The notes beneath the pieces are model-generated. The model was not told the origin of the DNA. It saw only the letters and a program-made list of their open reading frames with translations, and searched no databases. Positions 55,279 through 64,000 of a stretch of 64,000 nucleotides of DNA are shown here, in pieces. A program made the translations under genes and the position numbers. Source of the stretch: Bradymonadia bacterium. Lineage in GTDB: Bacteria > Myxococcota_A > Bradymonadia > UBA7976 > UBA1532. The first letter of the stretch is position 1; each line of letters begins with the position of its first letter. Location: the NCBI GenBank assembly GCA_046290225.1, contig JBKAGE010000037.1:160001-224000 (forward strand), read 5' to 3'.

Positions 55279-57960
55279 CATCACGCCCATCTCGGCGCTG
55301 CAACGGTTGTCGTTCCAGAACGGCCCCCAAGTCAGCATATGAGCGCAGTCTTCGCCGCTGCCGTAGTCGTTGGGCTCCCCCGAGTTCCACGGTGCGTAGA
55401 GCGGACGCCCCCCGTCGGGCCACACGAAGGCCCCTTCCTGATCACGGTCGTCGAGGCCGATCCAATACCCCTGCCGACGGATCGCGTGCCCCTGACGCCA
55501 CAACCACTCGGTCGTCGCAGCGTCATCCATCCGAGCCAGCTGCATGCCCAGGCCCTGGCACACCGCCACCGCCTCGTCGAAGCTGTACCGGTCCCAGCAG
55601 ATCGCATAGTCGCGGCCCGCGTACACCATGGGAGTGCACTCACAGGCTGGGCTGTCGTCGGCGATGCCACTGCAGTCCTGATCGACCCCGTCACCGCAGG
55701 TTTCGCTCCCATAAGGGTGAATCTCGGGATCGCCATCGTCACAATCCCCCTGACACACCGTATAGCCGTCCTCGTCGGCGTCGACGCCGTCTTCCACACA
55801 CGGGGGGCCACACAGCGCAGAGCGATTCGCCGTACATGGCAGATCGTTGTAACGGCCGTTGCGCTTCAGCTCGACGCAATCTTCATTGCCACCTGCGTCA
55901 TCGGGCTGGTTCGGATCCCAGGGCAGATACCCTGGGACCTCCCCTTCTGGTCCGACGTACACACCTTCCTCGGTTTGATCCGAGAGGCTCACCCACACAT
56001 CGCGATCAGGGCCGCGGCGAATGGCTTCATAGAGGGCGTCGCGGTGTTGATGATTCGCCGGCGCCACGAGATCGAGCCCGAGGCCCTGGCACAGGCTGCG
56101 CCCTTGGGACCATGTATAATCGCCGACGCAGACCCGGTAGGTCACCCCATCCGCTTCGATGACCTGGCAGTTGCCACACGCCACACCGTCATCGGCCACG
56201 CCGTTACAGTCTTGATCGATACCATCACCGCAAATCTCCTGAGCCCCGACATAAGTGTCCGCCCGCTCGGGATCACAATCAAGATCACATCGCCGGCCAT
56301 CCTCGTCGGTGTCGGTGTCGGTCTCCAGGCAATCCACCACCGCCGAGACCTCTGCATGCCGCGTGTGCAGAAACGCCACTCGCTCCGCCACGGCACGGGC
56401 CACCCCCTCGGTGGCGAGGGGCAGGCGCGGGTCCATCTCGATCCAAGGGCGCAGCGGTTCGAAGAGCGCTTCAGCCTCTGAAGCCCAGTCCACCGCCTCC
56501 AGATCTGCCACCGCATCTGAGAGGGCCTGGTCGTAAAGCGCTCGACATTGGGCATCAGCCATACACTGGCGCATCAACACACCCACGCCCTGATGCAATG
56601 GCACCGTGTCGACGAGGGTGCGATCGAGGCCATCGGGCAACAGATCGAGGCGACCTCCGAGGTCGAGGTGGTAGTGGGCCCCCCGAAGTCGGGGCCCATA
56701 ACCATCGATGCTCCCGAGGTAGGCCTCGGCGGCGAGCAGCCGCGCCACAGCGGGCCAGTTCACGAAGTCGGTGGTGGCAAGAAAGAAGCTCTCATCTTCA
56801 GGAATCGAAGCGAGGATCGAGAGCAACAGCGCCATGTCTTCTCGATCACCAGAAACACCCACCTCTACCCCATACGCCAGCAATTGCTCCGGGCTGAGAT
56901 CGCGACCGACGGCGGTATAAAGGTGCGAGGTCGAAGGCAACACTCGACGCAGATGGCTGAGCCTGGGGGCCTCGGCGAGCAGATAGAGACTCGGCATGGT
57001 GTCGTCGAGGGTGAGCCACGCAAAGCCCGCTCGGGGTACGGGCACCTTGAAGGCCTCGAGCACTCGTCGGGCGAGCAAAGGGGTAATCAGCGCACGATCG
57101 AGCACCATGTTGTCGAGATAGACGCCGTCGATCCCGGCAAGCTGGCCACCCTCGTGATCGAGATCTACCCGCAAGCGCGGCCGATGGGGCCCCTGGCGAA
57201 AACGCCCGCCCCATCCGCTCAAGCGCACCTCGGCAGGCGCGGGACCATCCTCCCCCACCGTGAGCTCGGCCTCCATCTCGAGGCTGCTCCGATATCCCCA
57301 TGCCGGGAACGCCCCAGGGGCGAGCTGTAGCTGCACGGGGGTCACGACCCCTGGGGTGAACCAGTGCTCTGCGGGGGCTTCTGGGGCAGTGTTCTCCGCC
57401 CCGGGTGTGGGCGCGGTCATGGCCCAGGGGCCTTCTCCATCGGGCAAACGTCCCCAGGTCATGGCCTCGGGAATCAAAGGCACTGACACCGACTCCACGA
57501 TCTCACCCGCAGGATCGACGAGGGCCACCTCGCCATACCCACAGCCGATGTCTCGGGGGGTCTCGTCGATCCAGAGCCAGCCCGCTTCGACAACACTCTG
57601 GTCAAGGGCCTCGTCGAGGGGCATCGACACACCGTCGACCTGCAGGCTCCACCCGGCGAGGCTGCCACCCTCGCCCACGTAAAGCTCTATGCCTTCGGGA
57701 GCCTGGCACCTGATCTCGTTGAGCTGCGCGGTACCCAGCGCCGCATCGGGGGGATCCGCATCGGGCACAACCTCAGCATCCGGACGCTCGGCATCGGGCG
57801 CTGTCGCATCGGTACGTGTCGCATCTGGTGCCGCAGCATCTACAGGCGCCTCGGAAACAGGTTGGGTGTCGTCACAGCCCTGAGGCCAAACACTCAGGAT
57901 CGAGAGAAACAACGCACAGAGCCCACGTACGGACCTAGCGCCTGGAGCAGGGATACACAT
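55264..57960 (-). CDS. CotH-kinase-family exported protein with lamin-tail-like domain, MopE repeats and two C-type lectin domains
   Basis: LNEI..WGRLPDG..PTPGAEN; VPVPRAGFA..DGY..LLPDGLD; EICGDGIDQDC; WDPNQPDD..EDC..NDLPC and WNSGEPND..EDC..WNDNRC. Confidence 0.8.
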   Translation of the reverse strand: MCIPAPGARSVRGLCALFLSILSVWPQGCDDTQPVSEAPVDAAAPDATRTDATAPDAERPDAEVVPDADPPDAALGTAQLNEIRCQAPEGIELYVGEGGSLAGWSLQVDGVSMPLDEALDQSVVEAGWLWIDETPRDIGCGYGEVALVDPAGEIVESVSVPLIPEAMTWGRLPDGEGPWAMTAPTPGAENTAPEAPAEHWFTPGVVTPVQLQLAPGAFPAWGYRSSLEMEAELTVGEDGPAPAEVRLSGWGGRFRQGPHRPRLRVDLDHEGGQLAGIDGVYLDNMVLDRALITPLLARRVLEAFKVPVPRAGFAWLTLDDTMPSLYLLAEAPRLSHLRRVLPSTSHLYTAVGRDLSPEQLLAYGVEVGVSGDREDMALLLSILASIPEDESFFLATTDFVNWPAVARLLAAEAYLGSIDGYGPRLRGAHYHLDLGGRLDLLPDGLDRTLVDTVPLHQGVGVLMRQCMADAQCRALYDQALSDAVADLEAVDWASEAEALFEPLRPWIEMDPRLPLATEGVARAVAERVAFLHTRHAEVSAVVDCLETDTDTDEDGRRCDLDCDPERADTYVGAQEICGDGIDQDCNGVADDGVACGNCQVIEADGVTYRVCVGDYTWSQGRSLCQGLGLDLVAPANHQHRDALYEAIRRGPDRDVWVSLSDQTEEGVYVGPEGEVPGYLPWDPNQPDDAGGNEDCVELKRNGRYNDLPCTANRSALCGPPCVEDGVDADEDGYTVCQGDCDDGDPEIHPYGSETCGDGVDQDCSGIADDSPACECTPMVYAGRDYAICWDRYSFDEAVAVCQGLGMQLARMDDAATTEWLWRQGHAIRRQGYWIGLDDRDQEGAFVWPDGGRPLYAPWNSGEPNDYGSGEDCAHMLTWGPFWNDNRCSAEMGVMCSMP

Positions 57961-58082
57961 GCGCTCATGGTTTCACACACCCCAATACGTCGCCAAGGTG
58001 CACATGCCACCACACCCGAGAAACACGGAATGCGTCGGACCCCTCGAATGTAGTCAGGGTAAGCGTACATCTCGGAGGCGGC

Positions 58083-59069
58083 ATGCCTGGCACACTGCAC
58101 GAAGTCATCGTAGAGCTCTTCACCGAGCGCCCTCAACTCGCGACTCAACTCTGGCGAACAGCGGGTCTGCCAGCGCTGCCAGACCACGAAACAGTCGTCA
58201 GTAACAAGCTCAACCTCACCCAATCCACACCTGCCGCCTATGACGCTGACGAGATCACGCTGCTCACACGTGGCGACAGAGCTCAGATGGCCCTCATCAT
58301 CGAGGTCCAACTCGCCGTGGATCCGAGGAAGAGATACACATGGCCCTTCTACGCCGTCAGCGCCCGTGCACGGAAACATTGCCCTGCAGCAGTCCTCGTC
58401 ATCGCCCCAGATCCCAACGTGGCCCGCTGGGCTCGAACGCCAATACAGATCGATGATCTCAACGTCTACGTCCCCCGAGTCCTCGGGCCAGAGCAGATTC
58501 CCGTGATCTCTGATCCTCGGCGGGCTGTCACACATCCTGATTTGACCCTGCTCTCGATCATCATGCACGGGCAGACCGAGAGGGCCATCGAGCTCGTCGA
58601 ACCTGCTGTTGCCGTCGTGTCATCGCTCGACATGCGCAAGTCAGCTCTCTACACTGATATGGCCATGGCTCGCCTCTCTCAAGCAGCCAAGAAAGTGTTC
58701 TTCCAAATGCTGAGCAACATCAAAATCACTGAGCCCTTCTCAGAACACTACAAAGCACTTGTCGACAAAAAGGCCTCTGAACAAGCAGCTGAGATGGCTT
58801 CGGAGATGGCTTCAGAAATGGCTTCAGAAATGGCTTCAGAAATGGCCTCAGAAATGGCCTCAGAAATGGCCACCAAGATGGCCTCGGAACTCGCCCAGCA
58901 AGCACTCATTACTCAGGCCAGAACGACTCTCAAGAAGCAAATGAGGATCAAGTTTCAGGGTCTATCCGAAGCCCACGAGGCCATCATCGATGCAGCTGAG
59001 GCTGAACTGATCGATCAGGCTCTGGAGCGCATCCTCACCGCCAACATGCCTGACGAGGTCCTGAGCTGA
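58083..59069 (+). CDS. Rpn-like PD-(D/E)xK protein with variable C-terminal repeat
   Basis: GGAGG RBS; ADEITL..IIEVQ..KRYTWPFY; C-terminal QMRIKF..AIIDAA..ALERILTA tail of DUF4351/Rpn type. Confidence 0.7.
   Translation: MPGTLHEVIVELFTERPQLATQLWRTAGLPALPDHETVVSNKLNLTQSTPAAYDADEITLLTRGDRAQMALIIEVQLAVDPRKRYTWPFYAVSARARKHCPAAVLVIAPDPNVARWARTPIQIDDLNVYVPRVLGPEQIPVISDPRRAVTHPDLTLLSIIMHGQTERAIELVEPAVAVVSSLDMRKSALYTDMAMARLSQAAKKVFFQMLSNIKITEPFSEHYKALVDKKASEQAAEMASEMASEMASEMASEMASEMASEMATKMASELAQQALITQARTTLKKQMRIKFQGLSEAHEAIIDAAEAELIDQALERILTANMPDEVLS
58791..58886 (+). repeat. 12-bp coding VNTR (GARATGGCYTCR), about 8 units, encoding EMAS
   Basis: Direct read of the sequence; six near-perfect units followed by two degenerate ones. 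Confidence 0.9.
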
Positions 59070-59124
59070 CGCTCCACGTTCTGCCTACTGGCAAAACGTC
59101 AAGGGTGACCAACCCGCGGCCAGC

Positions 59125-59940
59125 TCAGCCCCTCAACCCGCAGACCAGCACCTGGGACTCTGCATCTTTCGTCAGATCGTCGCCCTCGAAATCGCCGTAG
59201 TGCATCAAGATCTCGAAGCCGTTGTAGTGCAGCATCGACACCAGCTCCGTGGGAAACCAGTAGCGGTGGGTGAGCTGCAGCATGAAGTGCGGCGGGGCTT
59301 TGGCGGCTTCGGGGCGCTCGTCGCTCTTGTCATAGAGGAACTGCATGTGATGCAGGCCCGTGGTGGCGTCAAAGGCCGCCTGCTCCGAGTAGACATAGAA
59401 CGCCTCGTGGGTCGGGTGCTTGAACCGGATGCCCTGCTTGCGCTTGAAGGCTGGCTCCGCGAGGTACTCCATATCGGGCATCAGCACATCGAGCAGGAAC
59501 ACCCCACCAGGCTCGAGATGATCTCGCACACAGGCCAGACACTGCTCGGCATCTTCTCGGGTGTAGAGATGCTGGAACGCGTTGAAGGGGCAGCTGATGG
59601 TGGCGTACTTCTGATCGAGGGCGAAGTGCCGCATGTCGGCGCGGAAAGCCCTCAAGTGAGGTCGCCGCGCCTTGGGCAGGCGCATGCGGCGCGCCTCGAG
59701 TCGCTCCAGCATCTTCTGGGCAAGGTCGAGCCCCGTCACGTCTGCCCCGGCCTTCACCGCTGGCAGGGCCACTCGACCCGTACCCACGCCCAGCTCCAGG
59801 ACCGGGCCATCAGCGTCCAGATAACGGTCGACGTACCAGCGCACGTCTTCTGTGCGGCTCTTGTATTCGTAGTCGTAGTAAATCGGATCGACATACAGCG
59901 AGACAGTGCCCGCTTCGAGATCGAACTGCGGATGCTTCAC
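59125..59940 (-). CDS. Class I SAM-dependent methyltransferase
   Basis: VLELGVGTGR, GLDL, ADMRHF and HLEPGG. Confidence 0.9.
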   Translation of the reverse strand: MKHPQFDLEAGTVSLYVDPIYYDYEYKSRTEDVRWYVDRYLDADGPVLELGVGTGRVALPAVKAGADVTGLDLAQKMLERLEARRMRLPKARRPHLRAFRADMRHFALDQKYATISCPFNAFQHLYTREDAEQCLACVRDHLEPGGVFLLDVLMPDMEYLAEPAFKRKQGIRFKHPTHEAFYVYSEQAAFDATTGLHHMQFLYDKSDERPEAAKAPPHFMLQLTHRYWFPTELVSMLHYNGFEILMHYGDFEGDDLTKDAESQVLVCGLRG

Positions 59941-59950
59941 GACACCTCGC

Positions 59951-61060
59951 TCACGTGTTGCGTACAGATTCGGTCAGGACCTGCTCTGGTGGCAGCCTGA
60001 AGTGAAAGGTTGAGCCTTCACCTTCGACGGACTCGGCCCAGACCCGACCCCCGTGACGCTCGGCGATGCGGCGTACGATGGCCAGGCCAAGGCCCGAGCC
60101 TTCTACAGATCGATGATGTCCTCGATAGAACATGCCGAAGACCCGCTCCAGCTCGTCGCGGGGGATCCCACGACCGTTGTCGCGGATGGCGATGTGCGCC
60201 CCCGCCTCTGAAGACAGCGCCGTGATCTCCACCCAGCAGGGGGCCTCGGGGCGGCGGTACTTCACCGCGTTGCCGATCAGGTTCTCGAAGAGGTCAACCA
60301 GTCGATCGAAGTCACCGACCACCGTGGGCAACGACTCGCCGATCTCCACTGTGGCTCCCGCCTGACTGATCGCATCTTGAAGGTGACGCCGGGCCACCAC
60401 GAGCACCTCTCGGAGCGGGCATTGCTCCGCTCGCAGATCGATACGACCCACCTGCACCACACGAATCAAGTCACCCACCAGATCACTCAACCGCTCAGCG
60501 TTGATCTGCATGCGAGTGATCATGTGTCGGGCGTCTTCGCTCAACAGCGCTTCGTCTTCCAAAATCAGCGATGCGTAGCGGGTGATGGCCCTCAGAGGGC
60601 TCTTCATGTCGTGGGAGGCCGCAGAGATAAAGGCCTCGACCTCTTCTGCCCGACGGGCCGTGGCGCCGAGGGCTCGATCGCCCATGCTCCGCTTGAGGCG
60701 GGCCTCGAAGATCGACTCGGGGCCGTCAAGATCGAGCACCTCTCGAGCTCCAGCGTCGAGGGCCTCGGCCACCTGACTGTCCGTGGGGCTGTGGCACACG
60801 AGCACCACCGGCACATGGGCCTCATGGAACCGGCGGATCACCCCTGACAGGGCTTCACTCAACGTGCTCTGAGGTGTGGTGAACAGCCCGGTAGGGCCCA
60901 TGAAGACCCCGTCGAGGGTCGCAGACAAGGCGTGCCATCGAGCCCCCTCGGGGGGCTCTCCAGGGTTCGAGGCGACGATCTGTCGCGGATCATCGCCGAG
61001 CACCGACAGGATGCGTTTTTGCAGGGGGTCGGGCACCCCGTTCATCGCCCATCTGGCCAT
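59951..61060 (-). CDS. Sensor histidine kinase with degenerate N-terminal receiver
   Basis: ASHDMKSPL, NLIGNAVKY, DNGRGI, GSGLGL and GSTF. Confidence 0.9.
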   Translation of the reverse strand: MARWAMNGVPDPLQKRILSVLGDDPRQIVASNPGEPPEGARWHALSATLDGVFMGPTGLFTTPQSTLSEALSGVIRRFHEAHVPVVLVCHSPTDSQVAEALDAGAREVLDLDGPESIFEARLKRSMGDRALGATARRAEEVEAFISAASHDMKSPLRAITRYASLILEDEALLSEDARHMITRMQINAERLSDLVGDLIRVVQVGRIDLRAEQCPLREVLVVARRHLQDAISQAGATVEIGESLPTVVGDFDRLVDLFENLIGNAVKYRRPEAPCWVEITALSSEAGAHIAIRDNGRGIPRDELERVFGMFYRGHHRSVEGSGLGLAIVRRIAERHGGRVWAESVEGEGSTFHFRLPPEQVLTESVRNT

Positions 61061-61100
61061 GCACGGCAGTGTAGCCCATCTCCGGGTCGGTGTCTCACCC

Positions 61101-62471
61101 TCAGGTGCGTACGACCTCGGCGATGGTGTGGAGGACCTGCTCCGCAGCGGAGTACATGCGCACAGCGTCGGAGATCAGGGCTGTGTGATGGTCGGTGAGG
61201 ACGGCCTCTGCGTCATACAGGCGCGCCTCAAGGCGACGGAGCGTGCCCTGGCCACTCACCCAGGGGCAATCATCCACCAGCGGATGCCACAGCTCGGCGC
61301 AGAAGCCTGCCGCATCTCTTACGGAGCGACGCCCTTGACGTACTGAGAGCAGGTCAGAGCTCGGCACTGGCCCCTGAGTCATCACCGAGGCCACCTGCCG
61401 CGCCGTGGTGGACAAGCGCTGCTGAGCCTCGGCGCTCAATCCGTGATGCGTGCTCCGAGACATGGATTGCAGACACCTGATCCAGGTGAGTCGATCTTCG
61501 GCGGGATCCCAGCTGCGCCGACGCAGCGCCCCGAGATGTCGTAGGGCCTCGTCGATGCGTTGCGCCTCGGCGTCGTACACCTTGACCAGCTGACGCTCCA
61601 GGGCGTCGACCCCCACCAGTCGCTCGAGGACCATGGGCCTCAAGCTGTCGGCTGTCTCTTCTCTTGGGATCCCCACAGCCTGACGCAGCTGGGCAACACC
61701 GGCTCGCCCATGACCGACGACGTCGGCAGGGCTGTGCACCCGCTTCACCCAGAGCGGACCAAGCTGCACATAGTGAAGATCCATGAAGGATGGCAGCCGC
61801 TGCCGAGCCCGCATGAAATGATGTGCCACCACCTGCTCAATGCGTCGGGTGAACCTCTGTACATCGAGATCGATGTCGATCTCTGCAGCCTGTTGGGTGG
61901 CGGCGTGCTCCACGGCCTCTGGAGACGGGGTGCTCAGCGCCGAGGGCCGCAGGGCGAGAGGCGTCGGCGGGCCCATGAGCGGATCCCATCCGCTGGCGTT
62001 CCAGCGGAGGGTCTGGTGCAGCCGATCGCGCTCGGCGTCGTCTTCTGCAGACTGCATGCCCCGCATCACCGCAGCACGAGCGCCATGAGAGTCGCCCTTC
62101 AACGCCCGCATCAACGCCACCAGATCATACGCAGGGTAGGCCTCGGTGATGCGCTCCGCGGCCTCCAGATCGAGGCGGGCCAGGCTCATCAGAGTCTGGC
62201 GCCGAGCATCGTCTTGATCTGCAGTGGCCTGGTGCGCCGCCATGAGGGCCTGGGTAGCATCTCGGGGCCATTCGATGGTGACAGGCTCCGTAAGGGGCGT
62301 GTGCCCCTCGGCGAGGTCGAGCTTGATCTCTGACCACTGCCGGCCGAAGACGGCTTCACAGGCTTCCTCGATGGCCGCCTGAGATGCAGCCCCTTCTCGC
62401 AGTGCTGCAGCGAGGACCAAACCGTAAGCTTGCTGCCACAGTGGGGTCATGCCCCCTTCGATCTGATGCAT
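61101..62471 (-). CDS. Hypothetical helical protein
   Basis: 456-aa ORF with GAGG RBS, co-oriented with neighbours; no family recognised. Confidence 0.55.
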   Translation of the reverse strand: MHQIEGGMTPLWQQAYGLVLAAALREGAASQAAIEEACEAVFGRQWSEIKLDLAEGHTPLTEPVTIEWPRDATQALMAAHQATADQDDARRQTLMSLARLDLEAAERITEAYPAYDLVALMRALKGDSHGARAAVMRGMQSAEDDAERDRLHQTLRWNASGWDPLMGPPTPLALRPSALSTPSPEAVEHAATQQAAEIDIDLDVQRFTRRIEQVVAHHFMRARQRLPSFMDLHYVQLGPLWVKRVHSPADVVGHGRAGVAQLRQAVGIPREETADSLRPMVLERLVGVDALERQLVKVYDAEAQRIDEALRHLGALRRRSWDPAEDRLTWIRCLQSMSRSTHHGLSAEAQQRLSTTARQVASVMTQGPVPSSDLLSVRQGRRSVRDAAGFCAELWHPLVDDCPWVSGQGTLRRLEARLYDAEAVLTDHHTALISDAVRMYSAAEQVLHTIAEVVRT

Positions 62472-62599
62472 GTCGTGACCTCACGTGTGCGAGCCAAAGC
62501 GCCTCACTGAGGTACGGGCAAAACGGGGTGGGGGTTGAGTCGTGTCGGTGAGTCGGGTGAAGAGAGACCCGGCGGACATTCAGCTCAATGCATATGTGC

Positions 62600-63106
62600 T
62601 CAGCGAGTGTTCACTGGCAGTTCGTCGGTCTCGGCGACGAAGGGTTGCCCCTCTGTGACAACGTGGAGTGACTCGCTGAGCCGATCTCCTCGATAGGAGA
62701 TGTCGAACCAGAGTACGTACTCGGTCCCGGGGGTGAGCAACCCTGCATCGATCTGCAAGGTGCGAGTGCGGCGGCCCTCCACCAGGATCTCGGTCTTCTC
62801 GGGCTGCGGATCCCGCATACGCTCCTCGACCTCGGCGATCACCCGAGCATCGGCATCAACGAGCCGATACACCCAACGCACCTCTTCGATGCCCATGTCG
62901 TCACGGATGCCGAAGCCGTACCGATACTCGAAGTTGAGCGTCGCGGTGTTGTCGGCTGCGATGTCGAGGTTGGCGCTCGTCAAGAGATAGAGCGACTCGC
63001 GGAAGCCGTCTTCGATGCCGTCGTCGGCGAAGTCATCTACCCCGCAGCCTGTGGTGGCGAACGCGAAGAAGAGCAACATGATGAAGAGGTGGCGGCAGCA
63101 GGCCAT
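62600..63106 (-). CDS. Lipoprotein of unknown function
   Basis: GGAG RBS; lipobox TTGC. Confidence 0.6.
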   Translation of the reverse strand: MACCRHLFIMLLFFAFATTGCGVDDFADDGIEDGFRESLYLLTSANLDIAADNTATLNFEYRYGFGIRDDMGIEEVRWVYRLVDADARVIAEVEERMRDPQPEKTEILVEGRRTRTLQIDAGLLTPGTEYVLWFDISYRGDRLSESLHVVTEGQPFVAETDELPVNTR

Positions 63107-63305
63107 GATTTCTCGCTCCGAGATCGAACATGAGAAGAGGCGCGATCACGTGTCGCCTGCTTCACCATCTGGTCTACCTGAGAGCAGAGACTAGGTTCAA
63201 GCTGTGGGTCCAACCAGATCACATTCGAATGTGGACGACTTTTTTTGCCATGTGAGCCACCGCCGCTGTCTCACGGGGTAAACCCGAAGTGCGAAAGGGG
63301 AATTC

Positions 63306-63677
63306 ATGCGTAGAGGACGCCTTCGATTTTATGTCTGCACCGCCCTCACAGCCCTCGCGCTGAGCGCGTGCGACGCAGGAGACGCCACCCTCGAAGAGGT
63401 CGACCCGGAGGCGGCCCCGGCGAACCCCACATGGTCGAGCCACGTGGAGCGCATCATGGTGGTGCGCTGCACCGCCTGCCATGCCGAGGATGCCCAGTCT
63501 GGAGAAGCCGAAGGCTACGGCTACGAGACCTGCGAGAAGACGATCCGTAACTGGGAAGGCTTCGTGGAGACGGTCGTCGAAGAGAAGACAATGCCCCCAG
63601 GTGGCGCCGATCGCCTGACCTCTGCAGAGCTGCTCACCATGCAGCGCTGGTACGAGCAGGGGGCCCCCTGTGACTGA
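63306..63677 (+). CDS. Monoheme c-type cytochrome lipoprotein
   Basis: Lipobox LSAC; PTW..CTACH..TMPP..W. Confidence 0.8.
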   Translation: MRRGRLRFYVCTALTALALSACDAGDATLEEVDPEAAPANPTWSSHVERIMVVRCTACHAEDAQSGEAEGYGYETCEKTIRNWEGFVETVVEEKTMPPGGADRLTSAELLTMQRWYEQGAPCD

Positions 63678-64000
63678 GAAGCCCTTCAAACACCTGCTCT
63701 TCTGGTTGCTCCTACTCTCCCCTGCCCTGGCGAGCGCGCTGCCCCTCTACACCGCTCGGGGTGGCCGCACATGCGACAACTGCCACAGCTTGCCCAACAC
63801 ATGGTTCGATCCGCCGGACTGGGCGGATCGCAAGTGCACCATGAGCTGCTCCGGCTGCCACGTGGATCCCGGTGGGGGCGGCATGCGCACCGTGAGCGGG
63901 CGCTACTACGGCAACGAGACCTTGCCCATGTTCGCGGTCGATGAGCGACCCCTCGTCGACCGGCAGCGGGACATGCTCGACTGGCTCAAGGGCGTGGAGC
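63670..64000 (+). CDS. Secreted c-type cytochrome with at least two hemes, Cyc2/cytochrome-porin-like N-terminus (truncated by the window edge)
   Basis: Manual translation from GTG 63670: MTEKPFKHLLFWLLLLSPALASA-LPLYTARGGRTCDNCH..SCSGCHVDPGGGGMRTVSGRYYG; open to 64000. Confidence 0.75.
   Translation, partial: MTEKPFKHLLFWLLLLSPALASALPLYTARGGRTCDNCHSLPNTWFDPPDWADRKCTMSCSGCHVDPGGGGMRTVSGRYYGNETLPMFAVDERPLVDRQRDMLDWLKGVE

Overview
High-GC, gene-dense bacterial window whose protein repertoire (PEGA proteins, MopE-repeat and lamin-tail lipoproteins, Ser/Thr kinase-like proteins, TPR-CHAT) suggests a Myxococcota-like organism (inference). Housekeeping content: frmR-frmA with a clear operator, a Nit1-like amidase, hemE-hemY, thiolase, a LeuA-like synthase, lnt, rny and phoX. 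No rRNA, tRNA, CRISPR array, integrase or transposase was seen. Main points of interest: (1) a 23.1-31.1 kb cassette with a stand-alone subtilase prodomain-like gene, an S8 protease lipoprotein, a TPR-CHAT (caspase-like) protein and a possible sigma-like/anti-sigma fusion with an internal ribosome-binding site, plus an AT-rich block that spans the S8/CHAT junction; (2) an exosortase coupled to a 74-aa PEP-CTERM protein whose predicted mature part is only about 15 Gly/Pro residues; (3) three short elements that start with GAG right after TAA (MITE-like), two at stop codons and one in the loop of a long palindrome; (4) a 1676-aa lipoprotein with lamin-tail repeats and two c-type heme domains, a CotH kinase with QPD and EPN C-type lectins, and a truncated Cyc2-like cytochrome at the right edge. 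All family calls come from motif recognition by eye, without database searches.
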